Positions 41,051-60,542 of a DNA stretch of 64,000 nucleotides are shown here, in pieces. Position 1 is the first letter of the stretch, and the number at the start of each line of letters is the position of its first letter. The stretch comes from Macrostomum lignano (taxonomy: Eukaryota), in the NCBI GenBank assembly GCA_002269645.1, contig NIVC01000114.1, positions 1-64,000 on the forward strand. Direction: 5' to 3'. The notes under the pieces were generated by a model. It saw nothing but the letters and a program-made list of their open reading frames with translations, did no database searches and was not told the DNA's origin. The position numbers were made by a program, and so were the translations under genes.

Positions 41051-41326
41051 AACAGTAATACGAGTCGATATATTCTGATTGGAAGACATAATTTTATCCA
41101 CTGCTTCAAAACGATTATATGATTCAAAAGTATTATCCCTGGGTTGGTTACTGATTGATTAGCTATTAATTACAAATAACAAGTATCAACAGTAATACGA
41201 GTCGATATATTCTGATTGGAAGACATAATTTTATCCACTGCTTCAAAACGATTATATGATTCAAAAGTATTATCCCTGGGTTGGTTACTGATTGATTAGC
41301 TATTAATTACAAATAACAAGTATCAA
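41051..41326. repeat. Exact 137-bp tandem duplication
   Basis: aacagtaatacgagtcgat...aagtatcaa starts at 41051 and again at 41188. Confidence 0.92.
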
Positions 41327-41784
41327 TAGTAAATTAAAAAAAATATTTGCGTTGGATGTTTGAGTTCACTCCTTAGACTGCATGTTTGTTGCACTTCGGA
41401 TATAATTTAGCATTAACTGATCAAAAACGAAGTGTGAAGTGGCTATTTTTATTTTATTTTATTTTTTTAAACACGAATGAATATAAAAATAAATTGTGGC
41501 AGCAGCTAAACATCTAAAAATACTGCACTGATTTTTAGTAATTTTAACTTTTTTTTAATGTAAGTGCTTAATTTTAAGAGAAGTTCGACAAATACAGAGA
41601 GGTTAAAATCGAATATTTATTTTTGCCGATATGTATCGAAGTATACAAAAGTAGTTGTAAAAATACCCTGAATTTGTGAAAAACTTTCTGGTCAATAAAA
41701 GACATTGTTGAATTATTCAAGGACTGATTTATGGCTACTTGACAGTTGACTCTAAGGTGCAATGGGGCTCTACCATGCACTTAG

Positions 41785-41945
41785 CAGGGGCGTTGCAGGG
41801 GGACAGGGGGCATCTCAATGCTTTATCCCCACCTAACCTAAACTTATTATGAACCGTTATGGAAATCAACAATTTTGGATTCGGGGCGCCAGAATCTATG
41901 GCGCCTTCTGCGCTAAAATGAGTGCCAGTGGCGCCAAAAATGACG
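41785..41945 (+). mobile_element. Possible DNA-transposon terminus (CAGGGGCGT...) with GGCGCC subterminal motifs
   Basis: caggggcgttgcaggggg start; a similar start occurs at 61921; no matching opposite end or TSD found. Confidence 0.3.
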
Positions 41946-42179
41946 GCTAAAAAACCGAAACTCACATAATGTAGGACTTCAGTCTAGTAGCATGAGGACA
42001 TTAAGACATGCATGTAACCAAGCAGAAACAAATAAAAATGCGAACACACTGTTTGAGTCTGCTACAGTATGTTAATACCCGAGCGTTATATAATTAACGC
42101 TCCCAATAAATACATGTACATCTTACGAGCGTAAGCCATAATTATTAACGTACGTAGCGTACATATGAAGGTTGCAAGA

Positions 42180-42203
42180 CAGAGAGACAAGACATGCAGA
42201 CAC

Positions 42204-42242
<39 letters not shown>

Positions 42243-42342
42243 AACACACGGACAGACACTAAGACAGACACTAAGACAGACACTAAGACAGACAGACACT
42301 AAGACAGACAGACAGACAAGACAGACAGACAGACAGACACTA

Positions 42343-42403
<61 letters not shown>

Positions 42404-42423
42404 CTAAGACAGACAGACAGACA

Positions 42424-42472
<49 letters not shown>

Positions 42473-42492
42473 CTAAGACAGACAGACAGACA

Positions 42493-42533
<41 letters not shown>

Positions 42534-42585
42534 CTAAGACAGACAGACACTAAGACAGACAGACACTAAGACAGACAGACAGACA

Positions 42586-42625
<40 letters not shown>
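42180..42625. repeat. (GACA)n microsatellite
   Basis: Interrupted tetranucleotide run. Confidence 0.95.
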
Positions 42626-42627
<2 letters not shown>

Positions 42628-42849
42628 CTAAATTAGAAACAGAGGGGCATTTTCCAACGGTTTCTCACTGCCACTCCATTCAATCAATCCAGCGCAAAAA
42701 ACAGCCACTCATCAAGCCCGCTATTATCAACTGCAAATTAATGGAAAAATGAAACTGCCCATAAAAATGAAGTGATAATTGTTTATGACGTGCGCATGCA
42801 GCTACGCACTGACAGGTGTAGCGTGTCCAGCGCGCTAGGTGCATTGGCA

Positions 42850-42950
42850 AGATTAAGGGATTAAAGCAACAGTTAGCTCTGTTCTGATTGGCTGCCACTC
42901 AAGCAGCCTGTTAGATGGTTATATGCAATGGGATTAAAGGAAAGGGATTA
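42850..42950 (+). promoter_or_regulatory. Cluster of GGATTA (K50 homeodomain-type) motifs upstream of the knottin gene
   Basis: GGATTA at 42858, 42931 and 42945, AGATTA at 42850, and a CCAAT box (gattgg) near 42886; 150-250 bp before ATG 43099. Confidence 0.3.
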
Positions 42951-43098
42951 ATGGGAACCATAGCTACAGCTACATGATTAAGGATTTGCAGCCGAAATCT
43001 ACTGGTAGAAATTCTAAACTGAACATTTCTTCTGTAGAACAATTTTCACCAAGAAAGTAAAATAAAAAAATTATAGAACATTTTGACACAACATCACT

Positions 43099-46000
43099 AT
43101 GACTGTTCAGCGTCTGCAATGCGTCGCGAAAGCTGATGGTCAGAAGCTGCTGTTTCTGCTGCTTTTGCTGACTGTTGCTGCCAGACTGCCGGGGCGGACC
43201 GCCGCCTATGCTGGAATTGCCGGTTCAGGAAAATTGTCGGTGAGTGAGGACTGGGTGAGGCTGAGTGAGGGCTGGGTGAGGCTGAGTGAGGACTGGGTGA
43301 GGCTGAGTGAGGACTGGGTGAGGCTGAGTGAGGGCTGGGTGAGGCTGAGTGAGGACTGGGTGAGGCTGAGTGAGGGCTGGGTGAGGCTGAGTGAGGACTG
43401 GGTGAGGCTGAGTGAGGACTGGGTGAGGCTGAGTGAGACTGGGTGAGGCTGAGTGAGGCTGAGTGAGGACTGGGTGAGGCTGAGTGAGGACTGGGTGAGG
43501 CTGAGTGAGGCTGAGTGAGGCTGAGTGAGGCTGAGTGAGGCTGAGTGAGGCTGAGTGAGGCTGAGTGAGGCTGAGTGAGGCTGAGTGAGGCTGAGGGAGG
43601 CTGAGTGAGGCTGAGTGAGGACTGGGACTTTAATATCAGTGCAATTGCAGAAGTCATTTCAGACATATTCTTCCAATTCTTAGTCAGCATGAAAGCAATG
43701 GCAAGCAAAATTTGATAATTGCTTCTGACACGAACAAGAGCAGCAGACTGCAGCCCAGTTGCTGCTCACAGCTTATAGCTACTAATATAATTATAGGGCC
43801 TATTTCGTGGACTCTCAGCAATTGTCAAGGGCCTGTAAGCTGAAGTGTGAAGCAGGAGCTGCAATTAAGCTTCCTACGTTTAAGTGAAACTTGACCTGAA
43901 GAAGGCGCTCTCGCTAGTTAATCATTTTAACAGCCCCTATTAGTTTGTCACCCTCACGCTTTCAATTCCGTCAGCCATTCTTGCTTGTAATTTTCTTGCC
44001 TGAGAGTTTTTTTTCCAAATTTTGTTGCATCCATGAGATACCATGAGCTTCGTTGCCTTGAAAAATGCTGAATTCGTGTCTGTTGGTGCTGAATTCGTGT
44101 CTGTTGGTGTTGAATTCGTGTCTGTTGGTGCTGAATTCGTGTCTGTTGGTGCTGAATTCGTGTCTGTTGGTGCTGAATTCGTGTCTGTTGGTGTTGAATT
44201 CGTGTCTGTTGGTGCTGAATTCTTGTCTGTTGGTGCTGAATTCGTGTCTGTTGGTGTTGAATTCGTGTCTGTTGGTGCTGAATTCTTGTCTGTTGGTGCT
44301 GAATTCGTGTCTGTTGGTGCTGAATTCTTGTCTGTTGGTGCTGAATTCGTGTCTGTTGGTGCTGAATTCTTGTCTGTTGGTGCTGAATTCGTGTCTGTTG
44401 GTGTTGAATTCGTGTCTGTTGGTGCTGAATTCTTGTCTGTTGGTGCTGAATTCTTGTCTGTTGGTGCTGAATTCTTGTCTGTTGGTGCTGAATTCTTGTC
44501 TGTTGGTGCTGAATTCTTGTCTGTTGGTGCTGAATTCTTGTCTGTTGGTGCTGAATTCGTGTCTGTTGGTGTTGAATTCGTGTCTGTTGGTGCTGAATTC
44601 TTGTCTGTTGGTGCTGAATTCTTGTCTGTTGGTGCTGAATTCGTGTCTGTTGGTGCTGAATTCGTGTCTGTTGGTGCTGAATTCTTGTCTGTTGGTGCTG
44701 AATTCGTGTCTGTTGGTGCTGAATTCGTGTCTGTTGGTGCTGAATTCGTGTCTGTTGGTGCTGAATTCGTGTCTGTTGGTGCTGAATTCTTGTCTGTTGG
44801 TGCTGAATTCTTGTCTGTTGGTGCTGAATTCGTGTCTGTTGGTGCTGAATTCTTGTCTGTTGGTGCTGAATTCTTGTCTGTTGGTGCTGAATTCTTGTCT
44901 GTTGGTGCTGAATTCGTGTCTGCTGGTGCTGAATTCTTGTCTGTTGGTGCTGAATTCGTGTCTGTTGGTGCTGAATTCGTGTCTGTTGGTGCTGAATTCG
45001 TGTCTGTTGGTGCTGAATTCTTGTCTGTTGGTGCTGAATTCTTGTCTGTTGGTGCTGAATTCTTGTCTGTTGGTGCTGAATTCGTGTCTGTTGGTGCTGA
45101 ATTCTTGTCTGTTGGTGCTGAATTCGTGTCTGTTGGTGCTGAATTCGTGTCTGTTGGTGCTGAATTCGTGTCTGTTGGTGCTGAATTCGTGTCTGTTGGT
45201 GCTGAATTCTTGTCTGTTGGTGCTGAATTCTTGTCTGTTGGTGCTGAATTCGTGTCTGTTGGTGCTGAATTCGTGTCTGTTGGTGCTGAATTCGTGTCTG
45301 TTGGTGCTGAATTCGTGTCTGTTGGTGCTGAATTCTTGTCTGTTGGTGCTGAATTCTTGTCTGTTGGTGCTGAATTCTTGTCTGTTGGTGCTGAATTCTT
45401 GTCTGTTGGTGCTGAATTCGTGTCTGTTGGTGCTGAATTCGTGTCTGCTGGTGCTGAATTCGTGTCTGCTGGTGCTGAATTCGTGTCTGTTGGTGCTGAA
45501 TTCGTGTCTGTTGGTGCTGAATTCGTGTCTGCTGGTGCTGAATTCGTGTCTGTTGGTGCTGAATTCGTGTCTGTTGGTGCTGAATTCGTGTCTGTTGGTG
45601 CTGAATTCGTGTCTGCTGGTGCTGAATTCGTGTCTGTTGGTGCTGAATTCGTGTCTGTTGGTGCTGAATTCGTGTCTAAGCTGCTTGCTGGATGTCGGAC
45701 GCTGCATGGACGCTCGCGACCCATCCACCCCAGATGGAAAAATTCTGTCTACGGCCACCGACATGCAAGACTTCCAACAACAAATCCAACACCTGCACCT
45801 CAGCTCTCAATTTGACTCAACCCCCCACCCCGCAGTGTGAAGGCGAGGGAGCGGTCTGCTTCACCCAGGCCGCCTGCTGTGAGAACTACAGCTGTTTGCG
45901 AGCTAGCCAGGGTGAGTCTGACAAATATTTATACACTGACGTAACCCGCACAGGCAACGAACCTGTTCGGTTCTCAGGATCCCGTGCGGTCTCGGGATCT

Positions 46001-49000
46001 GATGCTTGCGCACTGGATCGATAAATACAATTATAACTGGCGAGATGTTGTTTCAAATTTTCCTTTTGAGGCTAAAATAAAGTGGCGCCAAATCTCATAG
46101 AAATGGCGTCAAATATCAGGTAAAATGGCGCCAAATCTTACGTAAAGTGGCGCCAAATCTCAGGTAAAGTGGAGCCAAATCTCAGATAAACTGGCGCCAA
46201 ATTTCGAATAAAGTGACGCTAAATCTCAGGTAAAGTGGCGCCAAATCTCAAGTAAAGTGGCGCCAAATCTCAAGTAAAGTGGCGCCAAATCTCAGATAAA
46301 CTGGCGCCAAATTTCGAATAAAGTGGCGCCAAATTTCGAATAAAGTGGCGCCAAATCTCAAGTAAAGTGGCGCCAAATCTCAAGTAAAGTGGCGCCAAAT
46401 CTCAAGTAAAGTGGCGCCAAATCTCGAATAAAGTGGCGCTAAATCTCAGTTAAAGTGGCGCCAAATTTCGAATAAAGTGGCGCCAAATCTCAAGTAAAGT
46501 GGCGCCAAATCTCAAGTAAAGTGGCGCCAAATCTCGAATAAAGTGGCGCTAAATCTCAGTTAAAGTGGCGCCAAATCTCAGGTAAAATGGCGCCAAATCT
46601 CAGGTAAAGTGGAGCCAAATTTAAGATTAAAGTGGCCAAATGTTTTAGTTACAGATTCTCGGTCACAGCCCCATAACCAGCACTCCTAGAGATCCAGTTA
46701 GAACTTGTTCTTCAATTATCAATTTTTCGACTTGTCAGTCCAAGTAACAATGGGCGTGGCTGTTACGGTAAGCCAAATATTTGCTGAAGGAACAGTTTGC
46801 AATGCGAATTTCCATATCTCAATATCTTATTCTCTGGACAAGGTAAAGAGAGTCATTGTGTCTTCAGTACCTGTAGAAAATTATTTGCACACAATCAAGT
46901 ACACCGGAGGTTGGACCTGAGTCTGATCTTCTTCTGTTAGCTATTAGGCTACATATATTGCTTCAGATGAGACTAAAAGTTCTCAAACGCAATCGGCATG
47001 TTGTTTATTGTCTTTCATTCCAGTAAAAATATGTGGGCTAAGTTAGGGATGCACTATTGGGAGAGAGAATAGAGTAGACACAGAGAGTAGACAGAGAGTA
47101 GACACAGAGAGTAGACACAGAGAGTAGACACAGGGAGTAGACACAGAGAGTAGACACAGAGAGTAAACACAAAGAGTAAACACAGAGGGTACACACAGAG
47201 AGTAGACACAGAGAGTAGACACAAAGGGTACACACAGAGAGTAGACACAGAGAGTAGACACAGAGAGTACACACAGAGAGTAGACACAGAGTAGACACAG
47301 AGAGTAGACACAAAGAGTAAACACAGAGGGTACACACAGAGAGTAGACACAGAGAGTAGACACAAAGGGTACACACAGAGAGTAGACACAGAGAGTAGAC
47401 ACAGAGAGTAGACACTGAAAGTAGAAACTGAGAGTAGACACAGAGAGTAGACACTGAGAATAGACACAGAGAGTAGACACAGAGAGTAGACACGGAGATT
47501 AGACACAGAGAGTAGACACAGAGAGTAAACACAGAGGGTACACACAGAGAGTAGACACAAAGAGTAAACACAGAGGGTACACACAGAGAGTAGACACAGA
47601 GTAGACACAGAGAGTAGACACAAAGAGTAAACACAGAGGGTACACACAGAGAGTAGACACAGAGAGTAGACACAGAGAGTAGACACAGGGAGTAGACACA
47701 GAGAATAGGCACAGGGAGTAGACACAGAGAGTAGACACAGAGAGTAGACACAGGGAGTAGACACAGAGAGTAGACACAGGGAGTAGACACAGGGAGTAGA
47801 CACAGAGAGTAGACACAGGGAGTAGACACAGAGAATAGGCACAGGGAGTAGACACAGGGAGTAGACACAAAGAGTAAACACAGAGGGTACACACAGAGAG
47901 TAGACACAGGGAGTAGACACAGAGAATAGGCACAGGGAGTAGACACAGGGAGTAGACACAGAGAGTAGACACAGGGAGTAGACACAGAGAATAGGCACAG
48001 GGAGTAGACACAGGGAGTAGACACAAAGAGTAAACACAGAGGGTACACACAGAGAGTAGACACAGAGAGTAGACACAGGGAGTAGACACAGAGAATAGGC
48101 ACAGGGAGTAGACACAGAGAGTAGACACAGAGAGTAGACACAGGGAGTAGACACAGAGAGTAGACACAGGGAGTAGACACAGAGAATAGGCACAGGGAGT
48201 AGACACAGGGAGTAGACACAGAGAGTAGACACAGGGAGTAGACACAGAGAGTAGACACAAAGAGTAAACACAGAGGGTACACACAGAGAGTAGACACAGG
48301 GAGTAGACACAGAGAATAGGCACAGGGAGTAGACACAGGGAGTAGACACAGAGAGTAGACACAGAGAGTAGACACAAAGAGTAAACACAGAGGGTACACA
48401 CAGAGAGTAGACACAGAGAGTAGACACAGGGAGTAGACACAGAGAATAGGCACAGGGAGTAGACACAGGGAGTAGACACAGAGAATAGGCACAGGGAGTA
48501 GACACAGGGAGTAGACACAGAGAATAGGCACAGGGAGTAGACACAGAGAGTAGACACAGAGAGTAGACACAGGGAGTAGACACAGAGAGTAGACACAGGG
48601 AGTAGACACAGGGAGTAGACACAGAGAGTAGACACAGGGAGTAGACACAGAGAATAGGCACAGGGAGTAGACACAGAGAGTAGACACAGGGAGTAGACAC
48701 AGAGAATAGGCACAGAGAGTAGACACAGAGAGTAGACACAGAGAGTAGACACAGGGAGTAGACACTGAGAGTGGACACTGAGAATAGACACTGAGAGTGG
48801 ACACTAAGAGTAGACACTGAGAGTAGACACTGAGAGTAGACACTGAGAGTAGACACTGAGAGTGGACACTAAGAGTAGACACTGAGGACACTGAGAATAG
48901 ACACTGAGAGTGGACACTAAGAGTAGACACTGAGAGTAGACACAGAGAGTAGACACAGGGAGTAGACACAGAGAGTAGACACAGGGAGTAGACACAGAGT

Positions 49001-49465
49001 AGACACAGGGAGTAGACACTAAGAGTAGACACAGAGAGTAGACACAGAGAGTAGACACAGGGAGTAGACACAGAGAATAGACACAGAGAGTAGACACTGA
49101 GAATAGACACTGAGAGTAGACACTGAGAGTGGACACTAAGAGTAGACACTGAGGACACTGAGAGTATCTGCATCCCATCTCCCTCAGCCTCCTACGGCCG
49201 CTGCGCCCCCAACCAGGCAGACATGCGGCTGGCCGAGGACGCGGCCCTGACTGACTCGGCAGACGACAGCAGCGGCGCTTTCAGCTGCTCGAGCGACTCT
49301 GACTGCCCATCCGGTCAGTGCTGCAAAGCTTCGACATCGTCGCCTGTGCCAATCGGCGGGCGGATGTCGTGCGGAAACTGCGAACGTCAGAGCCGACTTT
49401 TGGAGAGCCTGTTTGAGCAATACTACAGCGAGTTCAAGCGGAGCGGCAAAGACGGAGACAATTAA
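43099..49465 (+). CDS. Secreted cysteine-rich precursor with inhibitor-cystine-knot module and second 6-Cys module, 164 aa, 3 exons
   Basis: Exons 43099-43239 (|gtgagt, phase 0), 45836-45911 (cgcag|...|gtgagt, phase 1) and 49188-49465 (ctcag|...TAA) join in frame: MTVQRLQCVAKADGQKLLFLLLLLTVAARLPGRTAAYAGIAGSGKLS-CEGEGAVCFTQAACCENYSCLRASQ-ASYGRCAPNQADMRLAEDAALTDSADDSSGAFSCSSDSDCPSGQCCKASTSSPVPIGGRMSCGNCERQSRLLESLFEQYYSEFKRSGKDGDN. AATAAA at 49542. Confidence 0.8.
43240..43625. repeat. Minisatellite, 21/10 bp (gtgaggctgagtgaggactgg; gctgagtgag)
   Basis: Starts exactly at the intron-1 donor. Confidence 0.95.
44068..45677. repeat. 21-bp minisatellite (ctgaattc[g/t]tgtctgttggtg), ~77 copies
   Basis: Three biallelic positions; an EcoRI site in every unit; source of four ~590-aa ORFs. 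Confidence 0.97.
46080..46637. repeat. Minisatellite, ~22 bp unit (aaagtggcgccaaatctcaagt)
   Basis: About 25 tandem copies. Confidence 0.93.
47065..49165. repeat. 13-bp minisatellite (gacacagagagta and variants)
   Basis: 2.1-kb array ending ~20 nt before the exon 3 acceptor. Confidence 0.96.
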
Positions 49466-49704
49466 AAGACATTTTGGAGTTCACTAATCCCGCTGCTATG
49501 CAAAACTAAATTGCAATAACTTGCAGTTATTTTGAGAATTCAATAAAACAGTATACTTACTAAAGAAATAAACTCGACATCTTTGGAGAAATTTACAACT
49601 GGCAATAAAAACATCGTTTTTTAAAAATGTCTTGTTTACGGAATTCTAGAAAATTTTATTGGCAATAGAAATTTGAATAGTTATCGGGCAGGTTTTCGGG
49701 TTAG

Positions 49705-50100
49705 TTTGAAGGCTGACTCTATGAGGGTTTTGAAAGCTGATTCTGGGAGGGTTTTGAAGGCCGATTCTATAAGGGATTGAAGGCCGATTCTATTTGAGGG
49801 TTTTGAAGACAGATTCTATAAGGGATTGAAGGCCGATTCTATTTAAGGGTATTGAAGGCCGATTCTATAAGGGTTTTGAAGACAGATTCTATGAGACATT
49901 TAAAGGCTGATTTTGGGAGGGTTTTGAAGGCCGATTTTGGGAGGGTTTTGAAGGCCGATTCTGTGAGGGTATTGAAGGGCAATTCTGTGAAGCTTTGAAA
50001 GGCCGATTTTATGAGGATATTGAAGGCAGATTCCATCATGCAAGGTTTTGAAGGCCAATTCTGTCAGGGTATTGAAGGCCGATTCTATGAGGGTCTTGAA
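49705..50100. repeat. Degenerate minisatellite (gagggttttgaaggccgattct)
   Basis: About 17 diverged copies. Confidence 0.85.
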
Positions 50101-50479
50101 AGTCAAAACTTTAGGTATTGGACAGCTCATAGTTGTTTGCTAAGTATTATTCAATATAGACCGGTACTTTTTTTAGTTTGCTTATGTGTTGGTTCGTGGC
50201 TGTGTTTTTTTGTGACACACGACATTCAAACACTCTGTCACATTAATAATAAATTAATTGGGCACTGCTGAATAATGCAGGGAACTGGGGCCTAAAGGAC
50301 TTGAGATTTTTTCCGCTTTTCTAGGACTTTATTAATACAAGTGCGGTGCCTTCTGAACGTGGGATGATCGGGTTGCAGGACCAGTTTGGTTTTGGTTTTT
50401 GGGCTGGTTTTGGTTTAGATTACTTTAGGTTTAGGTTCACAGCGAACCACACGGAATTGCCTTAAACCAAGGAGAAAAT

Positions 50480-51670
50480 CGCTATAAACTACAGGAAGAA
50501 TCCCCATAAAACTACAGGAAGAATCCCCATAAAACTACAGGAAATCCTCATAAACTACAGGAAATCCTCATAAACTACAAAGAGAATCGCCACAAACTAC
50601 AAGGAGAATCGCCACAAACTACAAGGAGAATCGCCACAAACTACAAGGAGAATCGCCACAAACTACAAGGAGAATCGCCACAAACTACAAGGAGAATCGC
50701 CACAAACTACAAGGAGAATCGCCATAAACTACAGAGAATCGCCATAAACTACAGAGAATCGCCAAAAACTACAGAGAATCGCCATAAACTACAGAGAATC
50801 ACCATAAACTACAGAGAGAATCACCATCAACTACAGAGAGAATCACAATAAACTACAGAGAGAATCGCCATAAACTACAGGGAGAATCACCATAAACTAC
50901 AGGGAGAATCGCCATAACTACAGGGAGAATCACCATAAACTACAGAGAGAATCACCATAAACTACAGGGAGAATCGCCATAAACTACAGAGAGAATCACC
51001 ATAAACTACAGGGAGAATCGCCATAAACTACAGGGAGAATCGCCATAAACTACAGGGAGAATCGCCATAAACTACAGGGAGAATCGCCATAAACTACAGG
51101 GAGAATCACCATAAACTACAGAGAGAATAACCATAAACTACAGAGAGAATCACCATAAACTACAGAGAGAATCACCATAAACTACAGAGAGAATAACCAT
51201 AAACTACAGAGAGAATCACCATAAACTACAGAGAGAATAACCATAAACTACAGAGAGAATCACCATAAACTACAGGGAGAATCGCCATAAACTACAGAGA
51301 GAATCACCATAAACTACAGAGAGAATCGCCATAAACTACAGAGAAAATCGGCATAATCTACAGAGAAAATCGCCACAAACTACAGGGAGAATCGCCATAA
51401 ACTACAGGGAGAATCGCCATAAACTACAGGGAGAATCACCATAAACTACAGGGAGAATCACCATAAACTACAGAGAGAATCACCATAAACTACAGGGAGA
51501 ATCGCCATAAACTACAGGGAGAATCGCCATAAACTACAGGGAGAACCGCCATAAACTACAGGGAGAATCACCATAAGCTACGGAGAGAATCGCCACAAAC
51601 TACAGAGAGAATCACCATAAACTACAGGGAGAATCACCATAAACTACAGGGAGAATCGCCACAAACTACA
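50480..51670. repeat. Minisatellite, ~20-22 bp unit (ccataaactacagggagaatcg)
   Basis: Tandem copies between the convergent genes. Confidence 0.95.
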
Positions 51671-52007
51671 TATCAACTTAAAAGCCAAAAATATCACCAA
51701 TTTAAATCCGCCAAGCCTTCAAACTAAAGCAAATGCATACATATTATGAGTGCAAGTCAATAAAAAGAAAGCGAGCTCTCAATTATATTGTTTAGCAAAA
51801 TTGCCAGCCAGCCTTGAAAAAAGACAACCTTCAAAAAAGGACATTCTCAAAATGCAACCAAATGTGTATATTATATATAGCCAAATATTGCTAAACTGTT
51901 GTAAATGAGATGAGAGGGATGAGAGGAGACGTGAGGAGCAAAGTGAGAACGGAGACTAAGAGAATCGGGTACAGTGCATTGAAGAATAAAAAGAGCACGA
52001 AAGTCAA

Positions 52008-52130
52008 CAAAAACGAAGAAAAATGCGCACAAAAAGGCAGAAAAAACGAAGAAAAATGCGCACAAAAAGGCAGAAAAAACGAAGAAAAATGCGCACAAAA
52101 AGGCAGAAAAACGTAGAAAATGCGCAAAAA
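52008..52130. repeat. 33-bp tandem repeat (~3.5 copies)
   Basis: aaaaacgaagaaaaatgcgcacaaaaaggcaga repeated; probably in the 3' UTR of the minus-strand gene. Confidence 0.85.
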
Positions 52131-52217
52131 TGGGCAACAAGAAACAGAGAAAACACTAGGTAACATATTTTTACCGCAAAGAACCAAAAAGTGAGACTTT
52201 AATGACCAAAAGCGTCA

Positions 52218-60542
<8,325 letters not shown>

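Noticed and set aside
43940-45724. Mucin-like (APTDTNS)n ORF on the minus strand
   Set aside because: Same 21-mer array; all variants are non-synonymous in this frame, with no signal peptide or supported splice context.
47038-49178. Cys-rich 400-700 aa ORFs (VYSLCLLSVSTLC)
   Set aside because: Translations of the 13-bp satellite in knottin intron 2; frame-shifting units, no unique sequence.
51910-52116. ORF with KNEEKCAQKGR x3
   Set aside because: 33-bp tandem repeat in the probable 3' UTR of the minus-strand gene; no splice or start context.
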